Origin: Eledone cirrhosa
Lineage: Eukaryota
DNA: 64,000 bases
Assembly (NCBI GenBank): GCA_964016885.1
Contig: OZ024751.1
Coordinates: forward strand, 7,068,001-7,132,000
Direction: 5' to 3'
Both the position numbers and the translations under genes were made by a program. Of the stretch, positions 1-11,651 are shown piece by piece. Every line of letters starts with the position of its first letter. The stretch's first letter is position 1. The notes below the pieces were generated by a model. It saw only the letters and a list, made by a program, of their open reading frames with translations, was not told where the DNA came from and did not search any database.

Positions 1-494
1 CTAATTAGTTGGAGTGAAAATTTAAGTAAGAAAAAAATTTTTTTTTTTAAATTTTTTTTAAAGAAATATTTTCTTATTTTACGTCCTTTATATTATTGTT
101 CTGCATTCTCCTGCATTGAACCACCTAGGTACTATGACATAACCTGTGTATTTGCTGGCATGGGCGTGCATCTGTGCGCTTATGTTAGTTGATATATTAA
201 ATTATCTATATTTATCTCCAAATCACTGATTTGTCGAGCAAACTTGTCAAAACCACTTCTAAAAAAATTTTTTTTGGGGTGTTAGTAGGCGTCAGTCATC
301 TTACCATCCCATTCCTTCTAACTAGCCTCTGTGTCACGTGATTGATTCTTTAGAATCGGCCATTTGACTTGAAGCAGTGAGAATTTCGGTACATTGAATT
401 CAGTCCTCGCAAGCTGTTCGATCTACCGAATTATTATTATTTTTATATGAGCCGCCAGTGTCCGCGCATTGCCTGGAGACTTAACTGAGAATAG

Positions 495-576
495 ACTTCC
501 TGATGACGCAATGAATTCTCGACAGTTGGATTACATAACTGTCTTTATCCCATTGCAGAAACTAATTAGTTGGAGT
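495..576 (+). ncRNA. Type I hammerhead ribozyme with extended stem II
   Basis: Stem I ACTTC/GGAGT; core CTGATGA (500-506); stem II GCAATG/CATTGC enclosing the hairpin GACAGTT/AACTGTC; GAAA (558-561); palindromic stem III ACTAATTAGT; cleavage triplet GUU. Confidence 0.8.
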
Positions 577-1056
577 GAAAATTTAAGTAAGAAAAAAATT
601 TTTTTTTTTTAAATTTTTTTTAAAGAAATATTTTCTTATTTTACGTCCTTTATATTATTGTTCTGCATTCTCCTGCATTGAACCACCTAGGTACTATGAC
701 ATAACCTGTGTATTTGCTGGCATGGGCGTGCATCTGTGCGCTTATGTTAGTTGATATATTAAATTATCTATATTTATCTCCAAATCACTGATTTGTCGAG
801 CAAACTTGTCAAAACCACTTCTAAAAAAATTTTTTTTGGGGTGTTAGTAGGCGTCAGTCATCTTACCATCCCATTCCTTCTAACTAGCCTCTGTGTCACG
901 TGATTGATTCTTTAGAATCGGCCATTTGACTTGAAGCAGTGAGAATTTCGGTACATTGAATTCAGTCCTCGCAAGCTGTTCGATCTACCGAATTATTATT
1001 ATTTTTATATGAGCCGCCAGTGTCCGCGCATTGCCTGGAGACTTAACTGAGAATAG

Positions 1057-1138
1057 ACTTCCTGATGACGCAATGAATTCTCGACAGTTGGATTACATAA
1101 CTGTCTTTATCCCATTGCAGAAACTAATTAGTTGGAGT
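1057..1138 (+). ncRNA. Type I hammerhead ribozyme (second tandem copy)
   Basis: Identical to 495-576. Confidence 0.8.
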
Positions 1139-1217
1139 GAAAATTTAAGTAAGAAAAAAATTTTTTTTTTTTTTTTTTTTAAATTTTTTTTAAAGAAATA
1201 TTTTCTTATTTTACGTC

Positions 1218-1263
<46 letters not shown>

Positions 1264-1320
1264 GTAGAACACTGGAAGGTAATATCCGTAGTGGTAGAGC
1301 ACTCAGTCCATGGGACGAGT

Positions 1321-1468
1321 TATGTAGAAGTGGTTACACAACAGTTAGTTCACCTTACCGAGAACAATTGCTTCACCTTAGCCGATCCATTACGAGCTGA
1401 GGCTCCGCTAAGGTGAAACAATTGTTCTCGGTATGGTGAACTACCTGTTGTGTAACAACTTCTATATA
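1321..1468. repeat. Fold-back inverted repeat with a variant minimal hammerhead motif at 1393-1430 (+)
   Basis: Arms ~1321-1382 and ~1406-1468. Motif reads CGAG-CTGAGGC-T-CC-GCTAA-GG-T-GAAAC-AATT-GTT-CTCG; the core is CTGAGGC rather than CTGANGA. Confidence 0.65.
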
Positions 1469-1485
1469 TGTATATATGTATATAC

Positions 1486-1873
1486 AATATGTTGAAAAGG
1501 TAACACACTAGAGAGAGATACAGTGCGCAATAAATAAAACAGGGAAAAACCACCACTGTATAGAATATATAACCTATGGAAGGCAGAATATAGACACGAT
1601 AATCAAAAATATAAATTAAAGCGTAAATAAATACATCTATAACTATATAACACACGTACAAATCCAAAGTGATCTGTTTCGCCAGTAAGTTGTTGACGGA
1701 AATAATATAACCCAGATTATAGAGGTATTTATTTACGCTTTAATTTATATTTTTAATTATCATGTCTATATTCTGCCTTCCATAGGTTATGGATTCCATA
1801 CACCGGTGGTTTTACCCTGTTTTATTGATGGCACACTGTATCTCTCTCTAGTGTGTTACATTTTCAACATATT
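1486..1873. repeat. Imperfect inverted repeat (~155-bp arms); its right flank is duplicated directly at ~2153-2211
   Basis: aatatgttgaaaa..ctatggaaggcagaatatagac..gcgtaaataaatac is the reverse complement of 1717-1873. ttttcaacatattgtattttaaagt..gagcacattattt occurs at ~1861 and ~2153. Confidence 0.75.
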
Positions 1874-2228
1874 GTATTTTAAAGTGCCCAGGATTTCTTC
1901 TCCTGTGAGCACATTATTTACAGGGAACGGCGTCAATGTATCGTGTTATTTCTCTCCTTATAACAGTCTTTCTCCTCTCTCTCTGTTTGGTTGAGCACCC
2001 TTCTCTAAGTGGTTTTGGGCTGCCCTTTCTAGCAGCTCGTCCCTCAGAGGCCACTGGTTAACTGCCCTTAAACACGCTGTGACTTCTCTCTCCCACGTGT
2101 AGTTGGACGGCTGCTTTAAGAATTCTCTTAGTGTTGTCTGAAATGTATAGCCTTTTCAACATATTGTATTTTAAAGTACCCAGGATTTCCTCTCCTTTGA
2201 GCACATTATTTGAGCATATTCTTTTAAC

Positions 2229-2309
<81 letters not shown>

Positions 2310-2423
2310 ATATACATGTATATGTATATCTATTTATGATAAGTTATTCCGGGTTGAATCGGAGGTAACCACTGTAAATAAGGTACACAATACATAGCAG
2401 AGTATAACAGTTTTAATATAGAA

Positions 2424-2475
2424 GAGCTTCTACAGGACTAGAACTGTTTCATTCGTGAGAAATCATCAGGGAGCT
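2424..2475 (-). ncRNA. Type I hammerhead ribozyme in a probable PLE pseudo-LTR fragment (~2335-2830, minus)
   Basis: Minus strand reads AGCTCC-CTGATGA-T-TTC-TCAC-GAA-T-GAAAC-AG-ttctagtc-CT-GTA-GAAGCT. One mismatch in stem I. Confidence 0.7.
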
Positions 2476-3016
2476 GGCCGTCCAAGTAGATAGTGGTGGG
2501 AAATGGGATGGGTGGATGTCATTGGTTGAATGATTTAAAGAAAAGGGAGTTCATTAAAAGCTAATTCTTTAAAGCTATAGTATTAACAAAGGCAGGAAGA
2601 ATACTGTAAACAAAATCATATTTGGAATACCAATCCTACTTTATCACTTAGACTAACAATGCATGTAAGACAGGTGTCTACAGGATGGGTGGGGTTCAAT
2701 GGTTTAAAGAAAAGAGAAATTCTTTAGAAGCTAATTTTTAAAGCTGAAATAAGGTTGACAATCAAAAGAGGGTTCCATCAACAGATACAAATGTTGGGGT
2801 TATTCCCCTTATTGTGAAGTTTCTCTTAATATATATTCCAGGTGTCGACAGCACATTCACACACTCGCCCTCTGACACACGTACACACACATACACGCAC
2901 ACACACACAGTGAGGCACAAAAGCAACAAACATACATAATGGTAATACACACATACACATATACAAATATATGCACATATATATATACATATACACACAA
3001 ATATGTGTACATACAT

Positions 3017-3055
<39 letters not shown>

Positions 3056-3160
3056 CACACACACGCTCTCATGCATACACACGCATACACACATTCCAGC
3101 GTACACATATGCATACATATATACACACGTACGCATATATACATGCATACATACACACAC

Positions 3161-3197
<37 letters not shown>

Positions 3198-3230
3198 AAA
3201 GAATAGAGGTGTAACACACAAGTTATTATA

Positions 3231-3660
<430 letters not shown>

Positions 3661-3672
3661 ATGCATATATAT

Positions 3673-3920
3673 ATTGTTATACTTGGGAAGGGTCATATAT
3701 GTGTAATAATATTGCCAGAATTAATAACAGAACACACTCACTATTTGGTTGGTTTTCACCTCTGTGTCTTTTATATCGGTTAATTTAATTTATTCGGTCC
3801 TCAATGTTACCATTGACTGACCAACGGTCAAAAATACTGATACAAGATCGACACAAACACATATATATAGTCTAACAAAGTTCTTTCGATGCACATCTGC
3901 AACCACGTCAGTGGTGCTAT
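3673..3920 (-). repeat. Copy of the HHR-bearing family also found at 58250-58810 (related to 21335-21887 and 43790-44495)
   Basis: Shares attgttata..gggtcatat..gccagaattaataacagaacacactcact with the 58-kb copy. Minus strand ~3875-3915 reads CA-CTGACGT-G-GTTGCA-GATG-TGCATC-GAAAG-AA-CTT-TG (degenerate HHR). Confidence 0.7.
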
Positions 3921-3943
3921 TATGTTTTCTGTATATATATATA

Positions 3944-4160
3944 GTAATAATAATAAATTTGAAGATTAATTCAAAAGAGGGCTCGATAAGGATAAATATA
4001 TATCAAATATATAAGAACCGTAGAGCAAATATTTATTAACATAACAGATTAAAGTTTAAGCAAAGAATCGCTGCTTTTACCCTTAACAGGATCTTCTGAG
4101 TTTCAGAAGATGCCGTTAAGGGTGAAAGCAGCGATTCTTTGTTTAAACTTTAATCTCTTA

Positions 4161-4167
<7 letters not shown>
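3944..4167. repeat. Repeat family (also ~33488-33543, ~49828-49988, ~63620-63700) with a fold-back at 4035-4167 and an HHR-like CAGAAGA..GAAA motif
   Basis: acagattaaagtttaagcaaagaatcgctgct..ttaac..gatcttctga is shared between copies. The fold-back centre lies at ~4100. Confidence 0.75.
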
Positions 4168-4242
<75 letters not shown>

Positions 4243-4301
4243 GGTTATATATAATGGTTATATTAAAAATGGTTATATAAATATATAGTGGTTATAAATA
4301 T

Positions 4302-4416
4302 AATTGTTTCTACTTTTGGCACAAGGCCAGCAATTACCCAGTGCATTACTGGTACTTTATTTTATCGACCCCGTAAGGATGAAAGGCAAAGTTAACCTCG
4401 GCGGGATTTGAACTCA
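4302..4416 (-). mobile_element. 5'-truncated tRNA-derived SINE (family A, Octopus-type)
   Basis: Matches the 3' part of family A. TSD agtggttataaatataat on both sides. Confidence 0.85.
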
Positions 4417-4440
4417 GTGGTTATAAATATAATGGTTATA

Positions 4441-4670
4441 TATAATTCAAGAGATAAGAGTAACGTGGTTGTCTGTACAATAAGGGCTATATTCACAGTG
4501 CTGACAATCTTTTCTTTGATCTGGTAGGTCTAGAGTACGCTAATCGATAAATGTTGCATCAATCGAACTCCAATACTTTGTTTATAACCAGTTAATTCAT
4601 CAGAGCGAGCGAATGTGAATAAGGCCATTATTTTACAGACAACCACGTTACACTTAGCTCTTGAATTATT
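4441..4670. repeat. Imperfect inverted repeat (~55-bp arms) with a degenerate CTGATGA motif on the minus strand of the spacer
   Basis: ataattcaagagataagagtaacgtggttgtctgta versus tacagacaaccacgttacacttagctcttgaattat. Confidence 0.65.
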
Positions 4671-5076
4671 ATTACTCTATGTATAACCTACATAGAAATC
4701 ACTGTGAACTCGATGCATCACTATGGAAGCGTCTTGTTGAGTCAAACTAAGCCATACGTTAATACCATCCACAACACGGAGTACTCTAACTGGACTACCT
4801 CTAAGTGGATTGCCTATAAAGACAACTTGTTACTCCGTATATATATATATATATATATGGAAAAAAGATGAAATCGAAAATACAATTGGAGTCTTATTTT
4901 CTTAAAAATATATATATATTTATTTGTTTCCTTTAGCGGTTTCGCAGTACTTCTGCTTTTCAAAAGTAGAGCTGAGATGGAAAGTCATACACACACATAT
5001 ACATATATATATATACACATATATATATATATATATGTATATATATGCATACACATATAAACACATACATACACAA

Positions 5077-5139
<63 letters not shown>

Positions 5140-5227
5140 GTATAGGATTATCATGGATGCATTAATGGTTAATTACTACACTGGATAGACTTACAGCATT
5201 TGATAATTGAGTTTTGTTATCTGTTGA

Positions 5228-5307
5228 GTTCTGCTGACGATTGAAATCCAACCGTGACCATCTCCACTGAAAGTTTTCATGAAATAGTCTTTAAGACTAT
5301 ACAGAGC
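5228..5307 (+). ncRNA. Type I hammerhead ribozyme with a full stem III
   Basis: GTTCTG-CTGACGA-T-TGAAA..TTTCA-T-GAAA-TAGTC-tttaa-GACTA-TA-CAGAGC; AUA cleavage triplet. Confidence 0.82.
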
Positions 5308-5854
5308 ATTTGATGTTTTTCCAAATTGATGGATAAGTATTTTAAACTTAATTTTATCATGAGTTAAGGGTCTATTGATTTTTCCCTGGATTTCACTAAA
5401 TTCTGTGGATGAATTTGTATCGTGATTCTCTTTTGAGATGAGTTTTGAATTATTTTTCCTAAATCTTACATTAACTACTTTTCCCATATTGACGACATAG
5501 TCGCATATATGTTATAGAATACTATTAGCTTGTCGCTAAAACAATTTCTATACCTTTCATTTATACTTATACTCGGATTCTTTTCCTAGAGTGCTTAAAC
5601 TATCTGTGACTAATCCCGGTTTTTTTAATAAAAACTGTGATAATATTACTTTTTGCTGAACTCCTTTTGTAGAGTTTTTTTCAGAATGTATTTGACTGTT
5701 ATTTCTTGTAAATAAACATTCATTTTCATCCTGACGTTACTAGCCCCGTTTTTCCACATGTGCGTTTTTCATAATCACGCATGATGGTGAACTAGCCAGT
5801 TTTAGAATTCCCTTTTTGGCTTACAATTCTGTGGTAGCCCTGGTTATCTGTTGA

Positions 5855-5934
5855 GTTCTGCTGACGATTGAAATCCAACCGTGACCATCTCCACTGAAAG
5901 TTTTCATGAAATAGTCTTTAAGACTATACAGAGC
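5855..5934 (+). ncRNA. Type I hammerhead ribozyme (tandem copy)
   Basis: Identical to 5228-5307. Confidence 0.82.
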
Positions 5935-6195
5935 ATTTGATGTGTTTACAAATTGAATGATAAGTATTTTAAACTTTATTTTATCATGAGTTAAGGGTCT
6001 ATTGATTTTTCCCTGGATTTCACTAAATTCTGTGGATGAATTTGTATCGTGATTCTCTTTTGAGATGAGTTTGAATTATTTTTCCTAAATCTTACGTTAA
6101 CTACTTTTCCCATCTTTACGACATAGTCGCATATACATATATATGTTATAGTATACTATTAGCTTCTCGCTAAAACAATTTCTATACCTTTCATT

Positions 6196-6254
<59 letters not shown>

Positions 6255-6348
6255 ATATATATACATACACACATATATGTACATATAAGATATAAAAATA
6301 TATAAACATCTACATACACACCTATATATATATACATACACACACAGA

Positions 6349-6435
<87 letters not shown>

Positions 6436-6436
6436 T

Positions 6437-7352
6437 TCTAACTTTGATTTTATACCTAATTGTGTATGGTTGACGATGTATTTAATCGATTTCCGCGTGC
6501 TATTGGAAATGTGGATAAATATTCAATAGCTGTTGATCGCGTATAGATATCTGTCGTTTATTTATCTATTATTTCTTCATAGGTTTCTTTTAATCTTATA
6601 GCCTGGTTTAATTGGTTTTTTGTGTGGTTGATTATGCTGATTGGGAGAGGAAATGGTGTATATATTTTATCAAAAGATTCTTTGGACATACTTTATTGTA
6701 TATTGCTCTGATTGTTGATTATTTAATTAATTGTGAATGGTTGCCAAAAACATATATATATATCTATGTCTTTGTCTAGTTTGTGTATATGTAAATCTTT
6801 ATATTTGATAATCTCCCATATGGTTGAGATGCAATTTAGGCAATATTACGCTGCGCTTTCTAGCAACCAGCCCACTCACCGTAAGGCACCAATCACATTC
6901 TTTCTGACTTGACCACTGTCACGTCACAGTTCTTAGCCATTTTGAATTCGTTTCTGGCGTGGTTCATCTAAGCAAAATCTTCGTCGAAGTGAGTTTCTTT
7001 CCTGATGATTTCGAAGCTCGTGAATTTATCCTTGATCGGATATTTCCAAAAGCGAATGAAATCCCACGGGGTAGAAACGTAATGTTGGTATGTTTATATA
7101 CATTTGTTCTCCTAACTTTGATTTTATACCTAATTGTGTATTATTGACGATATATTTAATCGAAATCCACGTGCTATTGGAAATGGTGGGTAAATATTCT
7201 ATAGCTGTTGATCGCGAATAGATAGCTGTCGTTTATTTATCTATTATTTCTTCATATGTGTCTTTTAATCTTATTTTTTGTGTGCTTGATTATGCTGATT
7301 GGGAGAGGAAATGGTGTATATATTTTATCAAATGATTCTATGGACATACTTT

Positions 7353-7358
<6 letters not shown>
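6437..7358 (+). repeat. Partial tandem (~675-bp period) of another HHR-bearing family between (TA)n tracts
   Basis: ctaactttgattttatacctaattgtgta..ggacatactttattgtata at ~6437-6700 and ~7112-7358. Confidence 0.8.
6998..7077 (+). ncRNA. Type I hammerhead ribozyme with a long stem II insert
   Basis: TTTC-CTGATGA-T-TTCG..CGAA-T-GAAA-TCCCACGGG-GTA-GAAA; GUA triplet. Confidence 0.75.
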
Positions 7359-7408
<50 letters not shown>

Positions 7409-7913
7409 AAAAGAGAAAACACAGGTAAGCATTAAGAGAAGGATTTTACCCAGGTATTTACTACCGTTTCATTGGTAAGTGCAACCATATATTGCTATAC
7501 TGCAAATAGCAGCCACTCAATTATAATTGTTGTTCACAGTCCAAATTTTCAAAATAGTAAGTTACTCTTGAAATAATTCTTAATATATAGAGAAAAACAT
7601 TTATTTGGAATTGTATTTACTAGTATAGAGAGAGAGGAATCAGAAGGTGAGGGCACAGACGGATTAGTATAGAGAGAGAGGAAGGGGGAAGAGGTAGGAA
7701 GTATACTGACAAACTGAGATGGAGGGAGGGGTAGAGGTGGAAGGATTCCTTGGTCAGTTTTGATAGCAGACTTTATGTCGTGGAATGTAGTGAGATAAAG
7801 AGAATTAAATTGATCATAGTGGGAGGGATGGATAGAGAGGGAGAGAGAGAGGGGGGAGATATAAAGAGATAAATATATATATATATATATAAAAAAATAA
7901 AGATAAATATAAT

Positions 7914-8100
7914 AATTGTTTCTACTTTAGGCACAAAGCCAGCATTTATCCAGTGCATTACTGGTACTTTATTTTATCGACCCCTTAAGGATGAAAGGCA
8001 AAGTGAACCTCGGCGGGATTTGAACTCAGTTCGTAAAGGGACCTAACTATGCTGGAAAGCATGGCGTCCGACCCTCTACCGATACTGCCAATCCACCGCC
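7914..8100 (-). mobile_element. Full-length SINE family A (~187 bp)
   Basis: A-box-like TGGCAGTATCGG and B-box-like GAGTTCAAATCC on the minus strand. TSD aaagataaatataat. Confidence 0.9.
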
Positions 8101-8318
8101 TTAGATAAAAGATAAATATAATGACAAAATAAAAGCAAAGAATGTGGTGAGAAAGAAGAAAAGAAAAGATAGCCAAGAAGGGGAGGGAAGGAAGAAAACG
8201 AAGAATGAGGGCGAAGAGGGGGATATATGTATTGGTTTTGTGGGTAATTAAAGGGTTTAGATACAACAAGAGGGTATAAAGTCTAAGTATATGCAGTTTG
8301 TCAGTTGGTAGTAAGAGG

Positions 8319-10690
8319 TTAAGGGTTCGATATGTAGTGCGAAAACTTCTCTTTGAGTCTATGGTTACAATAAATTGATCTCTCGATTTTATTGTTGAGT
8401 AACTTATTCTTTGAACTTAAGATGTGGAACAGCTCAAGGTCGCATAATCGACAGCTTCTCATACCACTCCGATATGGGGGCGCGTTCGATAATTTTTTCC
8501 ACTTCAGGGTATATTGATGGTTACTTTCCCTCAGTTGCCAGGTCTTGTTTGCAACGGTAGTTACATAACGGTGCTGGGAATGTTTCATTGCGTAACGGTG
8601 TGTATACCAACGGGCTTTAAATGTATTCCCAGTCGCTCCGATGTAATACCATTTCTGGTTGTCTGATTCCACTGTGCATTCATAAACCAGGTTAGACTGC
8701 ATAAATTCATTAGGTAATGGACAGGTTTCAGGTAGGTGGGAGTTACAGTTTTTGTCATGGGCAACTTTGGCATTATTTGTGGGCTGCGATGCCTGTACAA
8801 GTGTGTTACGTTTTGTTTGCCTATTAGCGGGTGGTTGTGTATTAGATATTCTGTTGTGTTCGGTGGTGATTGTATTGTTATTGTTGTAAATTTGTGTTTT
8901 GGTGTTGTTATGTATCTTTTTAGCGTTAAGCATCTTAATGTGTGCCTCTATATTTGGTGCCGTGGGGTAAGATAGTCTAATAGATTTAGTGTTAAGGGTT
9001 TTGCTGTATCTATGTGAATCTGGAAAGTGTTTATTTATTATTCTAAAGAAGGTAGAGGGTAGGTTAGTACTAATATAGGTGTTAAATATGGGGTTATAAC
9101 AAATATATTTTCTACTGCGTGACTTGTTTGATTTCGATGTTGTATTTCTATTTGCCGTATACTTTGCAGTTCTATGCGCAAGTGCGTGTGCGCGTGTGTT
9201 ACCGGAGTTTGTGTTATGCGTGTTCGTGTGCGTTTCACGTAGGCTTTCATCTATATATTCTACTCTATCTAAGTGGCCTGCCTTGTCTAATGCGGTATTG
9301 TAGTATTCTGCATGTTCTTCGAATATTTGTCGGTTAGACGAGAGGCGGGAGATCCTAAGGGATATGCTGCGTGGAATGGATTTAATTATGGATAGTGGGT
9401 GGTTTGAGTTACAGTTGATGTATGCTACGTTTTCATTAATCTTGTGAAAAGATCTTATAAGTCCCGTATTTAGGTTAAGCGTCACGTCTAGAAAGTTAAC
9501 TGTTTTAGTGCTATACTCATACGTTATGCTAAGGCCTAGTTTTCCGAGAGTCTTTCTAATATTCTTACTGAGTCTTTCTATGGTCTGGTTATTCAGGTTC
9601 TTAACTAGAAGGGCGTCGTCTCTGTAGATTCCACCGTGAAGGTAGCTAAACTCACTTTGTAAATTCTGGGCTATGTAAATACCTACTAAATCTGTGACCT
9701 GAGCCGAGTCATTAGCCCCCATCGTGATGTCAAAGCTATTTAATCTATCCTTACGTTCCCAATAGGCGTTTTCAAATGTAATTATTGTTTTCCTAGCAGC
9801 TAATATGATTTTTATCTCGTCGTCTGTTATGTAAGAATTGGCTTTGGGGAATGCTAAGGCTTTATCGAAGTTGTTGGGGGATATAGATGAGTAATAATCG
9901 TTGATGTCAAATTGTATAAATTTAGATACTTATTTGTTAGCTATATTGTTAAACCACTTAATTGTTTCGGTAGCGTTACCCCATAGTTTAATCACTAGTT
10001 TATTCTTCATTTGCGTTATCACTCTGTCTAATATATGTTTACTAATTTTCCCGATGTCCGATTTAGACGGGCATATAAGACTAATTGTAGGGTTATAATC
10101 AAAATTTACCTTGTGGTCTTTGAGGTTAAATGTGGGGGTACATGGCCTAAGTGGATCCGTTCTGTCGTCTATTCCTAGGTGTTTCACTATATTGTGTGCC
10201 TCGTTGTTGATGTTTATCAGTGCCGCCTCATTTATTTTTTTTGTATTTCCTATGTAATTCCTTCCGTATGAATCTATTGTATGTATTAACATCCATCGTA
10301 TACACATTTGATGTTTTGTCCGCTTTGACTATAATTCCATTGGTGCTTCGCAGCTTTTTTAGGAATGCATTTATGTCACTCTGGAGTTTCTTATTCCTCC
10401 GCTTTTTTTAAATTTGATATTCATAATCATCTTCAGTAAGTCCTGTTCAAAGGCATCCAGTTGAGGGTTGGTAGGTGGGTTTTTACACGATTTGAATGCT
10501 TACCTGTGTTTTCTCTTTTTCCAGTTGAGGGTTGGTAGGTGGGTTTTTACACGATTTGAATGCTTACCTGTGTTTTCTCTTTTACACTTTATACTCCAAG
10601 ATTGAACGGAATTCGTACAAACTTGTGGAGTTACCCCTAACCGTACGTTGAAACCATCCATGAAACTGGCTTTCTTAACCAAAAACTGGA
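8319..10690 (-). pseudogene. PLE reverse transcriptase-GIY-YIG endonuclease polyprotein, disrupted
   Basis: VKADKTSNVY; LKDHKVNF; FIQFDINDYYSSI; MGANDSAQVTDLVG; GIYRDDAL; NFLDVTL; SNHPLSII; CNSHLPETCPL (CxCx5C-like); LVYEC..YYIGAT..FKARWYTH; LKW; CRLC; CNHR. ORFs 9930-10307 and 8319-9722 are in frame across a TAA. A ~63-bp tandem duplication lies at 10457-10583. Confidence 0.9.
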
Positions 10691-10762
10691 TCACAATAAG
10701 CAATTTTTTGCTTCTCTAACTATATATATATAATTATATACATACATACGCACATACTTACA

Positions 10763-10798
<36 letters not shown>

Positions 10799-11212
10799 AA
10801 TACACAAATATATATATATATGTATATATACATATATACATATATATACATATATATACATACACACACATGCACATATACGTAAATACATATAAACGCA
10901 TTTACACACAAACATACGCATACAATCGTACGGCCACTCATACAAATACGTACATACATACACTCATAAATATACACAAGTACACACACAGATATATACA
11001 TTATTAAGATGAATTACGCTCTAAATGCCGATAGAGCAGGTAGGTAAGAAGTACTTACATGAACATAGTGTCGTATTTCGGGTCGAGAGGGCGTAGGGGT
11101 AATGTGTGAAGGAGGTAGAGGGGGTATTTTGTCGAGTGGGGTTTAAAAGAGAAAAAAAAAATCTTTTTTAGCCATCTGTCATTACCACTGGCTTAAGGTA
11201 TTTGAAAGTTGC

Positions 11213-11651
11213 AATCTGTAGTGGTGGTTTTTGTTATTGTTAAGTACAGCTGACCTCCTCGCTTATGTTGGTAGTGGTGTTTGTGTTGGGGTCAGCTTAA
11301 GTCCGGCTGCTGCTATTTTTAGAAGAATTTGTGTGTGTGTGCTGGCATCTATCCTGCCATCATTTCTCGTGGTGGTGGTGTGGGGTTTGTGCCAAACAGA
11401 CGGAGAAGTAAAATGGGGAAATAAAAGGCAATAAAATGAAGGAAATAATAAAAAAAATGAGAGAAAAATAAAATAAAATGAAAAGGAAAAAAACTAAAAA
11501 ATAAAAGAATAAAATAAAAAAAAATAAATAAATACATAAAACAGTAAATAGCAGCAGCCGGACTTAAGCTGACCCCAACACCAACACCACTACCAACATT
11601 AAGGAGAGGGTCAGCTGTACTTAACAATAATAAAAAGAACCACTACAGATT
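11213..11651. repeat. Inverted repeat with ~105-bp arms and an A-rich spacer
   Basis: 11213-11317 is the reverse complement of 11546-11651 (cagctgacc..ggggtcagcttaagtccggctgctgctattt). Confidence 0.8.

Larger units (their letters stand above)
1..1221 (+). repeat. Head-to-tail tandem array of a 561/562-bp non-coding unit, one hammerhead ribozyme per unit (retrozyme / PLE pseudo-LTR-like); runs off the left edge of the window
   Basis: ctaattagttggagtgaaaa recurs at 1, 562 and 1124. Units differ visibly only in poly-T length. The array ends in (TA)n at ~1222. Confidence 0.92.
5213..6195 (+). repeat. Partial tandem dimer (627-bp period) of an HHR-bearing non-coding family; third copy at ~50430-50892
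   Basis: 5213-5560 is repeated at 5843-6195, and 5725-6195 matches 50432-50892. Flanked by (TA)n. Confidence 0.88.
7405..10720 (-). mobile_element. Penelope-like retroelement, probably Hydra clade, decayed; its 3' pseudo-LTR (~7405-8318) holds a SINE insertion and a degenerate HHR at 7455-7556
   Basis: RT plus GIY-YIG reading frames, TA-rich tracts at both ends. HHR relic on minus: TATT-TTGAAAA-T-TTGG..CCAA-T-GAAAC-GGTA-GTA-AATA. Confidence 0.82.

Noticed and set aside
7914-8100. tRNA genes suggested by A/B-box motifs
   Set aside because: The motifs are heads of multicopy SINEs with TSDs and do not form a full cloverleaf.
9930-9932. In-frame stop in the PLE ORF as a possible selenocysteine codon, as in some Naiad PLEs
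   Set aside because: The codon is TAA, not TGA; the element has other frameshifts; and its endonuclease is C-terminal, unlike Naiads.
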